Positions 31,276 to 40,827 of a DNA stretch of 64,000 nucleotides are shown piece after piece. The notes below the pieces were generated by a model, which saw only the letters and a program-made list of their open reading frames with translations, ran no database searches and was not told the DNA's origin. Source of the stretch: Salinivirgaceae bacterium (lineage in GTDB: Bacteria > Bacteroidota > Bacteroidia > Bacteroidales > Salinivirgaceae); assembly GCA_035407925.1 (NCBI GenBank), contig DAOOBP010000002.1, positions 3,010-67,009 of the forward strand, in the 5' to 3' direction. Both the position numbers and the translations under genes were made by a program. Position 1 is the first letter of the stretch. Each line of letters starts with the position of its first letter.

Positions 31276-31884
31276 ATGCTTAAAAATTTGGCTCAGGCGG
31301 TTTCTGTTGTTTTTCATCCTATTTGGATGCCGATGATAGGTGCATTTATACTTTTAAATCATTCGCAACTTTTAATGTTGTTGCCAAGCCAAGTACATAA
31401 AGCCATATATATTATAATAGCCTCAAGCACAATAGGTTTTCCCCTGTTAATGCTTCCCATTTTTATATTTCGCAAAACATTTAAAATGTTTCAAATGACC
31501 CAGAAACAGGAGCGTTATGTACCTCTGTTTGTAATGGCAATCTTCTATTTTTTCTCTTATTATACTTTAAGCCGCTTAAATGTACCCGGAATATTGACAG
31601 GATTTATTTTAGGTGTGTTTATTTCAACATCAATCGCGGCGGTAGTGAGTATTTGGTGGAAAATATCGTTACACGGAATAGGGCTTGGAGGGATTGTCGC
31701 TCTTTTAGTGCTAATTCTGCTGTTTCGTCATGGGTATCCCGAAGGGCTGTTTTTTCAAGCGCTTATTTATACAGGTATCGTTCTATCTGCAAGAATGTAT
31801 CTTCAACAACACTCGTTATTGCAAGTTGTTACAGGATTTTTATGTGGATTTTTAACGATATCATTAACAATGTTAATCTATTAA
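31276..31884 (+). CDS. polytopic membrane protein, degenerate PAP2-like
   Basis: Start taken at MLKNLAQAV, because the track start at 31240 lies inside rpoN. KISLHGIG and SARMYLQQHSLLQVVTG loosely resemble PAP2 motifs C2 and C3. Confidence 0.4.
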   Translation: MLKNLAQAVSVVFHPIWMPMIGAFILLNHSQLLMLLPSQVHKAIYIIIASSTIGFPLLMLPIFIFRKTFKMFQMTQKQERYVPLFVMAIFYFFSYYTLSRLNVPGILTGFILGVFISTSIAAVVSIWWKISLHGIGLGGIVALLVLILLFRHGYPEGLFFQALIYTGIVLSARMYLQQHSLLQVVTGFLCGFLTISLTMLIY

Positions 31885-32061
31885 AAACTGATATTAGCCA
31901 CACCTTTTGTTAAATTTCAGCTCAAAACTCTTACGATGTGACAAAAATTTAACAAAAACATAATACATAATATATTTAATATGTTGATATTTACAAACTT
32001 ATCTATTAAGCCTAATTAGGTAATATCATTAGTTTGACATCAACAACAAACAGAAAAGCAA

Positions 32062-34359
32062 ATGAGTAAAAAAAACAAAAAACCCAATAAAGAGGCAGCA
32101 AATCCCTCTTATTTGAATCATACTATACTTGAATTTTTAAATAGTAACCCCACTAAAACATTCAACTATAAGCAAGTAGCAAGAGGACTTAAACTTACCG
32201 ACAGTTCGCTGCGCCCAAGGATAATAGCTGCGCTCGATTATCTTGCTGAAACAGAACAGATTAAAAAGGTCGATAGGGGTCGGTATAGAGCTATACGACA
32301 GAGAAACGTAATTGAGGGAAAAATCTCCATCACTCGCAAAGGACCTGCTATACTTACCACCGATGACGGTCAGGAGTATGAGGTCTCCTACGCAAATCTT
32401 TTTCGTGCATTTCCAAATGACAGAGTACGCGCTTATGTTTATCCTGGATCAAAACGGCGCAAGGCAAGCGTTGAGATTTTTGAAATCGTAAAACGCGCTC
32501 GAACCTCGTTTGTAGGGATTGTTGAGATTAATCCTAACTTCGCATTTTTTGTGCCCGACTCGGGAACGTTGCCTGTCGATATCTTTATTCCAAAATCAGA
32601 GGTAACCCGAACAAAGGTTAAAGAGAGACAGAAAGTTGTTGTCGAAATTACCGAATGGGCTAAGGATGCACACAATCCTACAGGAAAGATTGTAAAAATT
32701 CTGGGGAATATCGGCGAAAACGATACCGAAATGCACGCCATTTTGGTTGAATTTGGGTTACCATACGAGTTCCCGACAAATGTTACCGAAGCTGCCAAAA
32801 AGATTAAGACAACTATAACCAAACAAGAGATAGAAAAAAGGCGCGATTTCAGGAATATCACAACCTTTACTATCGACCCAGCCGATGCTAAAGATTTCGA
32901 TGACGCTATCTCGGTACGCGGTATTAGTAATGATGTTTGGGAAATTGGCGTTCACATTGCTGATGTATCACACTATATTGAGCCCAGCAATATTATTGAC
33001 AAAGAGGCTTTTGAACGTGGAACAAGTGTCTATTTGGTTGACAGAACCGTACCAATGCTACCCGAGAAACTGTCGAACAACGTTTGCTCACTTCAACCAA
33101 ATACTGACAAATTAACCTTTTCTGTAGTTTTTAATATTGATAAGAACGGAACTGTGTTAGAGCGCTGGATTGGTCGCACCATAATTAAATCGCAACGCCG
33201 ATTTACATACGAAGAGGCACAAGAACGAATTGAAATAGCCCAAGGCGATTTTGCAAACGAATTGATTATATGTCACAATATTGCACAAAAACTGCGTAAA
33301 AAGCGATTTGATAAGGGCGCCATTAATTTTGAGCGTTCAGAGGTCAATTTTATATTGGATGACAAAGGTAAACCTATTGACGTATATCTAAAAGAGAACA
33401 AAGAGGCTAATCAACTTATCGAAGAGCTGATGTTGTTGGCTAATAGAACAGTCGCAACTTATATAAATACAGAAAAAGCTGTTAAAGGAAAACCTAAAAC
33501 ATTTGTTTACAGGATTCACGACAAGCCAAATCAGGAAAAATTGGAACGTTTTGCGAAATTTGTAAGGCGTTTTGGACAAGAGATAAATACAGAAAACAAC
33601 TTGACAATCTCAAAATCACTAAACAACCTTATTACAAATAGCAACGGTAAGGCGTGGCAAAATGTGGTTGAAACGTTGGCTATCAGGTCAATGGCACGTG
33701 CCGAATATTCAACTAAAAATATAGGACATTACGGACTTGCTTTTGAATACTATTCGCACTTTACAAGTCCAATCCGCCGATATCCCGACTTGATGGTACA
33801 CAGGCTGTTAACTCGATATATGGAGGGGAAAAGGTCAGCAACTCTTGCCGACACGGAAGCCGACTGTAAACACTGTAACGAACGCGAAGTGTTAGCTACA
33901 TCAGCAGAGAGAGCAAGCATAAAATATAAACAGGTGGAATATCTTGCAGACAAATTAGAGCAGGAGTTCGACGGCGTAATCTCAGGAGTAACAAATTGGG
34001 GCTTTTATGTTGAGTTAGAGGGAAACTCGTGCGAGGGCATGATTCCCCTACAAACGCTTGAGGACGACTATTACATCTTTAACGAAGATGAATATTGTCT
34101 GATAGGCGAACATAACAGACGCATATATCGTTTGGGCGACAAGGTTAGAATACGCGTCGTAAAAGCCAACTTGATGAAAAAGCAACTCGATTTTGAGCTT
34201 GTAAAAAGCTACGTCGAGCACAAAGATGCTAATTTTGAAAGCTTAACAGCAATCTTAAAAGATAAAAAGAGCGAATCTTCTGGCAAAAAACCGAAAAAGA
34301 CTTCGTATTACAAAAAGTCGAAGAGTAAAACTTTTGGTAAAAAGGCGAAAAAAAGATAA
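32062..34359 (+). CDS. rnr: ribonuclease R
   Basis: 765 aa. RNB-domain HYGLAFEYYSHFTSPIRRYPDLMVHR, a C-terminal S1 domain and a Lys-rich tail. Confidence 0.95.
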   Translation: MSKKNKKPNKEAANPSYLNHTILEFLNSNPTKTFNYKQVARGLKLTDSSLRPRIIAALDYLAETEQIKKVDRGRYRAIRQRNVIEGKISITRKGPAILTTDDGQEYEVSYANLFRAFPNDRVRAYVYPGSKRRKASVEIFEIVKRARTSFVGIVEINPNFAFFVPDSGTLPVDIFIPKSEVTRTKVKERQKVVVEITEWAKDAHNPTGKIVKILGNIGENDTEMHAILVEFGLPYEFPTNVTEAAKKIKTTITKQEIEKRRDFRNITTFTIDPADAKDFDDAISVRGISNDVWEIGVHIADVSHYIEPSNIIDKEAFERGTSVYLVDRTVPMLPEKLSNNVCSLQPNTDKLTFSVVFNIDKNGTVLERWIGRTIIKSQRRFTYEEAQERIEIAQGDFANELIICHNIAQKLRKKRFDKGAINFERSEVNFILDDKGKPIDVYLKENKEANQLIEELMLLANRTVATYINTEKAVKGKPKTFVYRIHDKPNQEKLERFAKFVRRFGQEINTENNLTISKSLNNLITNSNGKAWQNVVETLAIRSMARAEYSTKNIGHYGLAFEYYSHFTSPIRRYPDLMVHRLLTRYMEGKRSATLADTEADCKHCNEREVLATSAERASIKYKQVEYLADKLEQEFDGVISGVTNWGFYVELEGNSCEGMIPLQTLEDDYYIFNEDEYCLIGEHNRRIYRLGDKVRIRVVKANLMKKQLDFELVKSYVEHKDANFESLTAILKDKKSESSGKKPKKTSYYKKSKSKTFGKKAKKR

Positions 34360-34440
34360 ACTTTTTCAGAAACATTAACACTTATCTGTTTTTAATTCTG
34401 TTTTTATTTAATTTTGCAGAAAATTAGAATTAAAACAGAG

Positions 34441-34706
34441 ATGAACTTTTGGCAATTAAGAAGTCAATTTTATGACTTGATTTGTTTCAATGTTAATCAA
34501 GTGTACGTGTGGCAACCAGATTTTGATAAAAACAACCTTACTCGTTGGGTAAAGCAGAATTATGCAGAACTTCGTGGTTCGGAATTATTGCCGCAACAGT
34601 TTTTAAATTCATTCGCGATTATTTTTTGAAACTTGGCTTTCTCGATGGCAAAACAGGATTTACTATTTCATGGTTATTGGCCGGTGCTTCATTTAAGAAA
34701 TACTGA
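34441..34706 (+). pseudogene. chimeric gene remnants: ~40 codons of a winged-helix AbiEi-antitoxin-like N-terminus, then the C-terminal tail of a GT2 glycosyltransferase in another frame
   Basis: MNFWQLRSQFYDLICFNVNQVYVWQPDFDKNNLTRWVKQNY has the F..F....F....V....F....L.RW.K pattern. At 34608-34706, FIRDYFLKLGFLDGKTGFTISWLLAGASFKKY* is the conserved GFLDG..G C-terminus of WaaE/KdtX-type GT2 enzymes. Confidence 0.5.
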
Positions 34707-34738
34707 AAATTACTTTCGCTACAACAAAATCAAAAAAA

Positions 34739-35485
34739 ATGAAAACAACTCCAAAATTCTGGTCCAACGTTTTTGACGCATTGATTGTTTTGGCTGATTT
34801 TATTATAGGAAAAATAGTTTCTCCATGGTTTAATTCAGTTTTTTCAGGTTCCAGAGAATCAGCATCAAACATACAAAACGAAAAAATTTTATGCGGCGTT
34901 TATATACTTCTTGCCGTTATGTATGTGATAGGTTTGCTTATTAACAAAGTCAATTTCAGAGCTGAAAAAACAATTACAATGTCATCTGGCGACAATATGG
35001 TAATGGGCTTCAATATAGTGGCAATGGGTGGTGTTTTTACGTTACTTATTTTTGAATTGTTTCCTGCTACTATAAACGTCGCTATGACTATTATTCTTAG
35101 TGTTGGATTTATGGTTGGATATGGTTGGTTACATTATAAAATTATCAGGAAAGAATCACCTCGTACGGAATTCAATCCTTCATTAAAAAGAAAAATTATC
35201 GGTTTTTTTCTAGTTTTCCCATTTGTGATAAGTTTGTCTCTCCCTGTAAACGCATTGGTTTCAGAAATGACATTGTCTGCAACGGGAGAATCTTTGTCAT
35301 TTTATAAAGACTTTGTGATTCCGGTTTTTATCGGACTAATTTTAGCTACTCTTGCTTGGTTTTTGTTTTTTATTCCGCGAAAAATGCTAAAAGCCTTTGT
35401 TGGCGTAGATCTTAGGTGCAGGGCTTTTTTCTGGGCTTTGTTGCTCGATTACTCAATTAAAGTTTCTCCATTCAATATATTCTGA
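34739..35485 (+). CDS. polytopic membrane protein, unknown function
   Basis: 248 aa with about 6 hydrophobic segments and no recognisable motif. Confidence 0.5.
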   Translation: MKTTPKFWSNVFDALIVLADFIIGKIVSPWFNSVFSGSRESASNIQNEKILCGVYILLAVMYVIGLLINKVNFRAEKTITMSSGDNMVMGFNIVAMGGVFTLLIFELFPATINVAMTIILSVGFMVGYGWLHYKIIRKESPRTEFNPSLKRKIIGFFLVFPFVISLSLPVNALVSEMTLSATGESLSFYKDFVIPVFIGLILATLAWFLFFIPRKMLKAFVGVDLRCRAFFWALLLDYSIKVSPFNIF

Positions 35486-35774
35486 TTATGAAAAATATTT
35501 CCGTGTGGGCTTCGAGAAACGGCTTCAGTGCTGAAGCTGGCGTTATTGAACCAGCACGGCGTTTATGTGTGATTGTTTTGTATGTTCACGAACTCGAATA
35601 CGAAAAAATTCTGCACACAATAAAGTTGAGTTAAAAGTTTATAAAGTTGAAAGCAATTAGCGCCTATTACACATTGTTCATTGCTAATTGCTAATTGAAT
35701 CCACCATCTACTTTATTCTCAAAATCTCTTTATCGACTGAAAAACAACCAGTATATTTGTAAGTTTAATTTTGT

Positions 35775-35939
35775 AATACCGATTGGACAGCTACTATAGT
35801 CCAAATTTCACTATCGTTCGCTTGGACTATGTGTCTGTAACATCGGTATTTACCCCTTAACTCCGTCTGTACGGAGTCTGGGGTAAACATTTGTAAAATT
35901 TAAAAAAGATTGGACTGTTTTTAAATTACAATTGGTATA
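35775..35939 (+). repeat. Full-length copy of structured repeat family R1, with an extra internal hairpin
   Basis: aataccgattggacagctactatagtccaaa...ttggactatgtgtctgtaacatcggtattta[ccccttaactccgtctgtacggagtctggggta]...gattggactgtttttaaattacaattggtata. It ends 2 nt before the panC ATG. Confidence 0.7.
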
Positions 35940-35941
35940 AT

Positions 35942-36781
35942 ATGCAGATAATAAAGAGTAAAGCAGAGATGACCTCGTTTATTGAGAATCAAAAACGAGA
36001 AAACAGAACTATCGGTTTCGTTCCTACCATGGGAGCACTGCACGAAGGGCATTTGGCGTTAGTTCGCGAATCGGTAAAAAACAATTCGTGTACAGTTGTT
36101 AGTATTTTTGTTAACCCCACTCAATTCAACAATAAGGAGGATTTAAGAACATATCCACGCAACGAACAGGCTGATTTTGAAAAACTTAGAGCTGAGAAAT
36201 GCGATGCTGTATTCTTCCCCACTGTTGAAGAGATGTACCCCGAACCAGACAAAAGAGTATTTGACCTCGGTTCGCTCGCAACTGTTATGGAAGGGGAGTT
36301 TAGACCCGGACATTTCAATGGGGTTGTCCAAATTGTTACAAAATTGTTTGATATAGTTAAACCCAATAGAGCCTATTTCGGAAAAAAAGATTTTCAACAA
36401 TTAGTTATCATTCAATACATTACTAAGCAGTTAAATTATAATATTGATATCGTTCCTGTACCAACCGTGCGAGATAAAGATGGATTGGCAAAGAGTTCAC
36501 GAAACGAACTATTAACTGCTGAGCAACGGAAAATTGCACCAAAGATTTTTGAAATATTGTCGGCAGCCGTATCTGAGAAAGGGAAAATCTCCGTACAGGA
36601 GCTAAAAAACAAGGTTGTTTTTAAAATAAACGCCATCGATGAATTGCGAACAGAATATTTCGATATAGTTAATTCTCAGACACTTATGTCTGTAAATTCG
36701 TGGGACGAAAAGTGCGAAAAAATTGGGTGTATTGCTGTTTATTGTGGTAAAGTTAGGTTAATTGACAACATATTATTTTAA
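35942..36781 (+). CDS. panC: pantoate--beta-alanine ligase
   Basis: [14 protein letters not shown] (HxGH) and FGKKDFQQL motifs, 279 aa. Confidence 0.95.
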   Translation: MQIIKSKAEMTSFIENQKRENRTIGFVPTMGALHEGHLALVRESVKNNSCTVVSIFVNPTQFNNKEDLRTYPRNEQADFEKLRAEKCDAVFFPTVEEMYPEPDKRVFDLGSLATVMEGEFRPGHFNGVVQIVTKLFDIVKPNRAYFGKKDFQQLVIIQYITKQLNYNIDIVPVPTVRDKDGLAKSSRNELLTAEQRKIAPKIFEILSAAVSEKGKISVQELKNKVVFKINAIDELRTEYFDIVNSQTLMSVNSWDEKCEKIGCIAVYCGKVRLIDNILF

Positions 36782-36816
36782 AAAGTTATACCTTTGCATC
36801 GAAAACAGATATAGCT

Positions 36817-37170
36817 ATGTTTATTGAGGTAATAAAATCAAAAATACATCAGGTTACGATTACTGAAGCAAACTTAAAGTATGTTGGCAGTATAACTATT
36901 GATGAAGATTTGATGGATGCTGCCAATATTATAGAAAACGAAAAGGTTCAGATTGTAAACATCAATAATGGTGAGCGGTTGGACACGTATGTAATAAAAG
37001 GAAAGCGTAAGTCAGGTGTTGTTTGCCTAAACGGACCTGCTGCACGCAAAGCACAAGTTGGTGATATGGTTATTATAATATCTTATGCCACAATGGATTT
37101 CGAAGAGGCTAAAAAATTTAAACCAACATTTATTTTCCCCGACTCCAATACAAATCTATTAGTTAAGTAA
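36817..37170 (+). CDS. panD: aspartate 1-decarboxylase
   Basis: [23 protein letters not shown] with the Gly-Ser self-cleavage site, 117 aa. Confidence 0.95.
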   Translation: MFIEVIKSKIHQVTITEANLKYVGSITIDEDLMDAANIIENEKVQIVNINNGERLDTYVIKGKRKSGVVCLNGPAARKAQVGDMVIIISYATMDFEEAKKFKPTFIFPDSNTNLLVK

Positions 37171-37176
37171 GCTACA

Positions 37177-38187
37177 TTGAAAAAAAAGATTGTCAATGCA
37201 TTCAAATTTCTGCTATTTATAGGTATTGGTATTTTTCTATTCTGGAAACTTTACAAAGACCAATCGATAGACGATCTTATTGAAGCCTCAAAAAACCTGA
37301 ATTATTATTGGCTGATTTTAGCCGCTATCGTAAGCGTTGGCAGTCACTTGGTACGTGCCATACGTTGGGAGCTTGCTCTGACATCAATAGAGATGAAAGC
37401 GCGCCGCAGTAATCTGTTTCACGCCGTTATGGTGGGATATCTCGTCAATCTGGCAATACCGCGGTTGGGCGAGGTTACCCGTGCGGCAGTTCTAAAAAAG
37501 TATGAAAAGATATCGTTTACCGGAGGCTTTGGAACCATTATAGCCGAACGTATTGTGGATTTGATAATTATTATAGGTATTACAGTCGTTGTAATTTTTT
37601 ATAATGACAACTTCTTTTCAAAACTTTTAGAGGATAATCCAGCGCTTTCAGAAAATATCCAAAACTTGCTTTCGGTTAGAAACCTTATAATCTTTATTGC
37701 GTTGTGTGTTATTTCTGTTATAGGATATCTGATACTGCTAAAATACAGCAAAAAAGCGCAAAATATTATTAAAAAGATTTTTGATAAGATTACAACATTA
37801 AAAGAGGGACTTCTTTCAATTTTTAAACTCAAACATCCTGCACTTTTTATCTTCTATTCGCTGTTGATTTGGATTTTGTATTTTATAGTTATGTGCCTAA
37901 CATTTAAAGCCTTTTCGTTTACCGGCGATGTTCTATTTACAGTAAATCAAATGCTTGTAGTGTTCCTGATTGGTAGTTATGGAATGCTTGCACCCGTTCA
38001 GGGCGGTATTGGCGCTTATCACTTTATGGTTGTAGCTGCGTTAACTGTTTATGGTATTGGTAGTACCGATGCGCGGTTTTTTGCACTTATTGCCCACGCA
38101 GTAAGCATGGTGGTTGTGATAGTTGTTGGATTTATAAGCCTTGTTTTGCTCCCAATTTCAAACCGAAAAAAATCAATTAGCAATTAG
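37177..38187 (+). CDS. flippase-like membrane protein (UPF0104 / LPG-synthase TM-domain family)
   Basis: 336 aa and polytopic. The RAIRW...IPRLGEVTRA pattern is typical of the family. Its last codons and stop (..SISN*) lie inside the CAATTAGCAATTAG repeat. Confidence 0.6.
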   Translation: MKKKIVNAFKFLLFIGIGIFLFWKLYKDQSIDDLIEASKNLNYYWLILAAIVSVGSHLVRAIRWELALTSIEMKARRSNLFHAVMVGYLVNLAIPRLGEVTRAAVLKKYEKISFTGGFGTIIAERIVDLIIIIGITVVVIFYNDNFFSKLLEDNPALSENIQNLLSVRNLIIFIALCVISVIGYLILLKYSKKAQNIIKKIFDKITTLKEGLLSIFKLKHPALFIFYSLLIWILYFIVMCLTFKAFSFTGDVLFTVNQMLVVFLIGSYGMLAPVQGGIGAYHFMVVAALTVYGIGSTDARFFALIAHAVSMVVVIVVGFISLVLLPISNRKKSISN

Positions 38188-38285
38188 CAATGCGGTGCAC
38201 TAAGCTAAGCCGAAGTGTGCAATTAACAATTTTCTTTACAATCCCTTAAATTCTACCTTCTGACTTCTAATTTCTAAATTTTTTA
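38174..38285 (+). repeat. Copy of intergenic repeat family R2 (CAATTAGCAATG .. GCACTNAGC..GCCGAAGTG .. TTCTAATTTCTAA)
   Basis: caattagcaattagcaatgcggtgcactaagctaagccgaagtgtgcaattaacaatt...ttctaccttctgacttctaatttctaaatt. This is the same block order as at 54581-54681. Confidence 0.65.
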
Positions 38286-38319
38286 AATATCTTTACCCAT
38301 ATTTAAAAAATCCCGATTT

Positions 38320-38811
38320 ATGAACAATCTAGACTTAATAATCAGCAAACTACACACAGTTGAATCTATACAAAGAGTGCTTGCATACTGGCGGTTTAAA
38401 AACCACAAAGTAGTTTTTAGCAACGGCTGTTTTGATATTTTACATCGTGGTCATATTGAATATTTAGCTCAGGCGGCTGATTTTGGCGACCATTTAGTTA
38501 TCGGATTAAACACCGATGCTTCGGTTCGCCGTCTTAAAGGACCTGAAAGACCTTTGCAGGACGAGGTTGCCCGCTCGTTGGTTTTGGCTTCACTCAATTT
38601 TGTCGATGCTGTAATTTTGTTTGATGAGGACACACCATACAACCTTATTAAGGCAGTGCAACCTGATTTTTTGGTTAAAGGCAACGACTACAAACCCGAA
38701 GATATTGTAGGCTACGATATTGTTAAAGCTAAAGGGGGCGAGGTTGTTACAATAAATCTTGTAGAGGGTTATTCAACAACTTCGGTTGTGGAGCGAATGA
38801 AAAAAGAGTAA
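38320..38811 (+). CDS. cytidylyltransferase-fold D-beta-D-heptose 1-phosphate adenylyltransferase (RfaE domain II-like)
   Basis: 163 aa. VVFSNGCFDILHRGHIEYL and the spacing up to the C-terminal VEGYSTTS. Confidence 0.8.
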   Translation: MNNLDLIISKLHTVESIQRVLAYWRFKNHKVVFSNGCFDILHRGHIEYLAQAADFGDHLVIGLNTDASVRRLKGPERPLQDEVARSLVLASLNFVDAVILFDEDTPYNLIKAVQPDFLVKGNDYKPEDIVGYDIVKAKGGEVVTINLVEGYSTTSVVERMKKE

Positions 38812-38913
38812 CAAAATATGGTAGGTTTAAAGAAGTTTTATAACAAGTGATCGTGAAAGTGTGACATTAAAAATTATGATTTATCTGTTAATTTGTAGCA
38901 AAAATATAATGAC

Positions 38914-39595
38914 ATGACATTAGAAGAGTTTAAGAGAAAATTTGCAGAAATCAAAGAAAAGGGTTTTATCGCAACAACAAGAAGAGGAGCGACAGGCGTT
39001 GGTCACACATTATAAACACATCTTGGTATATTTGAAAACAAAGAAGCTCATCCTGATATAGAAGGAGCTGAATTAAAGGCTCATAGAACAAAAAGAGATA
39101 ATTTAATAACATTGTTTACGTTTAATAATAAGGTTTGGAAAATGCCTCCTCTTGATGCTGTGAAAAAATATGGGAGTTTGGACAAAAGCGGCAGACAGGG
39201 ACTTTATTATACAATGTCCTTAAAGCCGAATAGCGCAGGGTTATTTTTAAATGTTCAGAAAAAAGATATTTCAGTAATGCACATTTCAGGAGAAGTTGTT
39301 GCCACGTGGCAATTAGAAAAATTAGCGGAAAGATTTATGCAAAAAATGCCAGCATTAATTTTTGTTTCAGCATTTACAGAAGAAAGAGACGGTTTAGAGT
39401 ATTTCCATTTATTATAGAGCACAGTTAATGAAAGGAACTTCGCCTGAACTGCTCGCTAATCAGTTTAAATCTGAAAACATTCTTGTAGATTTACGTTTAC
39501 ATGACAAAGGGACTATGGCAAGAAATCATGGAACGGGATTTAGAACCTACGAAGATAAATTACCCTTTTTGTTTAAAAGTATTATAGACCTATGA
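38914..39595 (+). pseudogene. MvaI/BcnI-family type II restriction endonuclease, inactivated by one in-frame TAA and one frameshift
   Basis: MTLEEFKRKFAEIKEKGFIATTRRGATGVGHTL[TAA 39013-39015]THLGIFEN..GAELKAH..ITLFTF...ALIFVSAF..EYFH[frameshift ~39405-39412]YYRAQLMKGTS..ILVDLRLHDKGTMARNHGTGFR. The block order matches what I recall of BcnI (..ELKG.., LTLF, VLVFAE, FHF..AYML, MDLCID..HDRGPHLRI). The stop overlaps the methyltransferase start (ATGA). Confidence 0.75.
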
Positions 39596-40827
39596 AGTAC
39601 AGAATAATTAGAAATGAAAAGTATGATTTTATCGGAGAGTCTTATGCCACAAGTTATCCAAACTTGCATAAGTATCCCGCTACGATGATACCACAAATCG
39701 GAATAGAGCTTTTTAAAGAACTTGATATTAATCAAGGGAAACTTCTTGACCCATATTGTGGTTCAGGCTCCTCTTTTACAGTTGGTTTAGATAGGGGATT
39801 AGACGAAATGTATGGTTTCGATATAAATCCTTTGGCAGTTTTAATTTCGCGCACAAAATTCACTAAACTTGATATAGAAAAAGTTAAATTAATTAAACAG
39901 AGATTGAGAAACAGAGTATATGAATTTGTAAAAGACGAAAATAATTTACAAAAAATTGAAATACCGCAACATTATAACATTGATTTTTGGTTTTCAAAAC
40001 CTGTATTACAATATCTTTCTATTATTAGGCATTTCGTTTATAAAATTGAAGTTAATATGAGGAGAATCTTTCTTGTACCACTATCAGAAACTATACGAGA
40101 GTGCTCATATACACGTAATAATGAGTTCAAGCTCTATAGAATTAAACCTGAAGAGATGTTGCAATTTAATCCAGATGTTTTTGGCGTTTATTTTGACAAA
40201 TTAAATAGAGTGGTTGACATCTATGAACGATATTATTTGCCTAAGCTTAACGGAGCGAAGATAGATATAAGTTATAGTAAGTTTCCCAGAAAAGAGAATG
40301 AGTTTGATGTAGTTTTAACCAGCCCACCTTATGGCGATAGTTTTACTACAGTTGCTTACGGTCAGTTTTCTATGTTTAGTAATCAATGGTTTGGGGTAAA
40401 ATATGCCAGACAAATCGATAAATTATTAATGGGTGGAAGTACAGTAAAAGAAAATTATAAAAACAGCATAATATCAGATTATATTAATGAAATTTCCAAA
40501 AAATCTAATAAAAGGGCGTTAGAGGTTTCGTCATTTTATTTTGATTTAGACAAATCAATAAAAGATGTCGCAAAAAGTGTAAATAAAGAAGGTAAAATTA
40601 TATATGTTGTTGGAAATAGAAGAGTTAAAGATGTTCAGTTGCCTACAGACCAATTTGTAGCAGAAAAATTCGAGCAAAATGGATTTAAACATTTATTTAC
40701 TTACGAAAGGTTGCTCGGGAACAAAGTAATGCCATCTCAAAACTCCCCCTCAAATATGACAGGACAAAGAAGAGGAACAATGACAAGAGAATATATTGTT
40801 GTTTGTGAAAAAATTATAGAAACATGA
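39592..40827 (+). CDS. DNA methyltransferase, SPPY type (probably N4-cytosine)
   Basis: 411 aa. AdoMet motif I is LLDPYCGSGSS near residue 50 and catalytic motif IV is TSPPYGDS near residue 243, so motif I precedes motif IV. Intact ORF. Confidence 0.85.
   Translation: MKYRIIRNEKYDFIGESYATSYPNLHKYPATMIPQIGIELFKELDINQGKLLDPYCGSGSSFTVGLDRGLDEMYGFDINPLAVLISRTKFTKLDIEKVKLIKQRLRNRVYEFVKDENNLQKIEIPQHYNIDFWFSKPVLQYLSIIRHFVYKIEVNMRRIFLVPLSETIRECSYTRNNEFKLYRIKPEEMLQFNPDVFGVYFDKLNRVVDIYERYYLPKLNGAKIDISYSKFPRKENEFDVVLTSPPYGDSFTTVAYGQFSMFSNQWFGVKYARQIDKLLMGGSTVKENYKNSIISDYINEISKKSNKRALEVSSFYFDLDKSIKDVAKSVNKEGKIIYVVGNRRVKDVQLPTDQFVAEKFEQNGFKHLFTYERLLGNKVMPSQNSPSNMTGQRRGTMTREYIVVCEKIIET

Noticed and set aside
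35905-35941. Sigma-70-like TTGGAC ... TATAAT pair inside the R1 repeat upstream of panC
   Set aside because: The spacer is ~20 nt, which is too long for a canonical -35/-10 pair. Bacteroidota housekeeping promoters use TTTG / TAnnTTTG instead. I therefore did not call it a promoter, though the repeat may still carry one.
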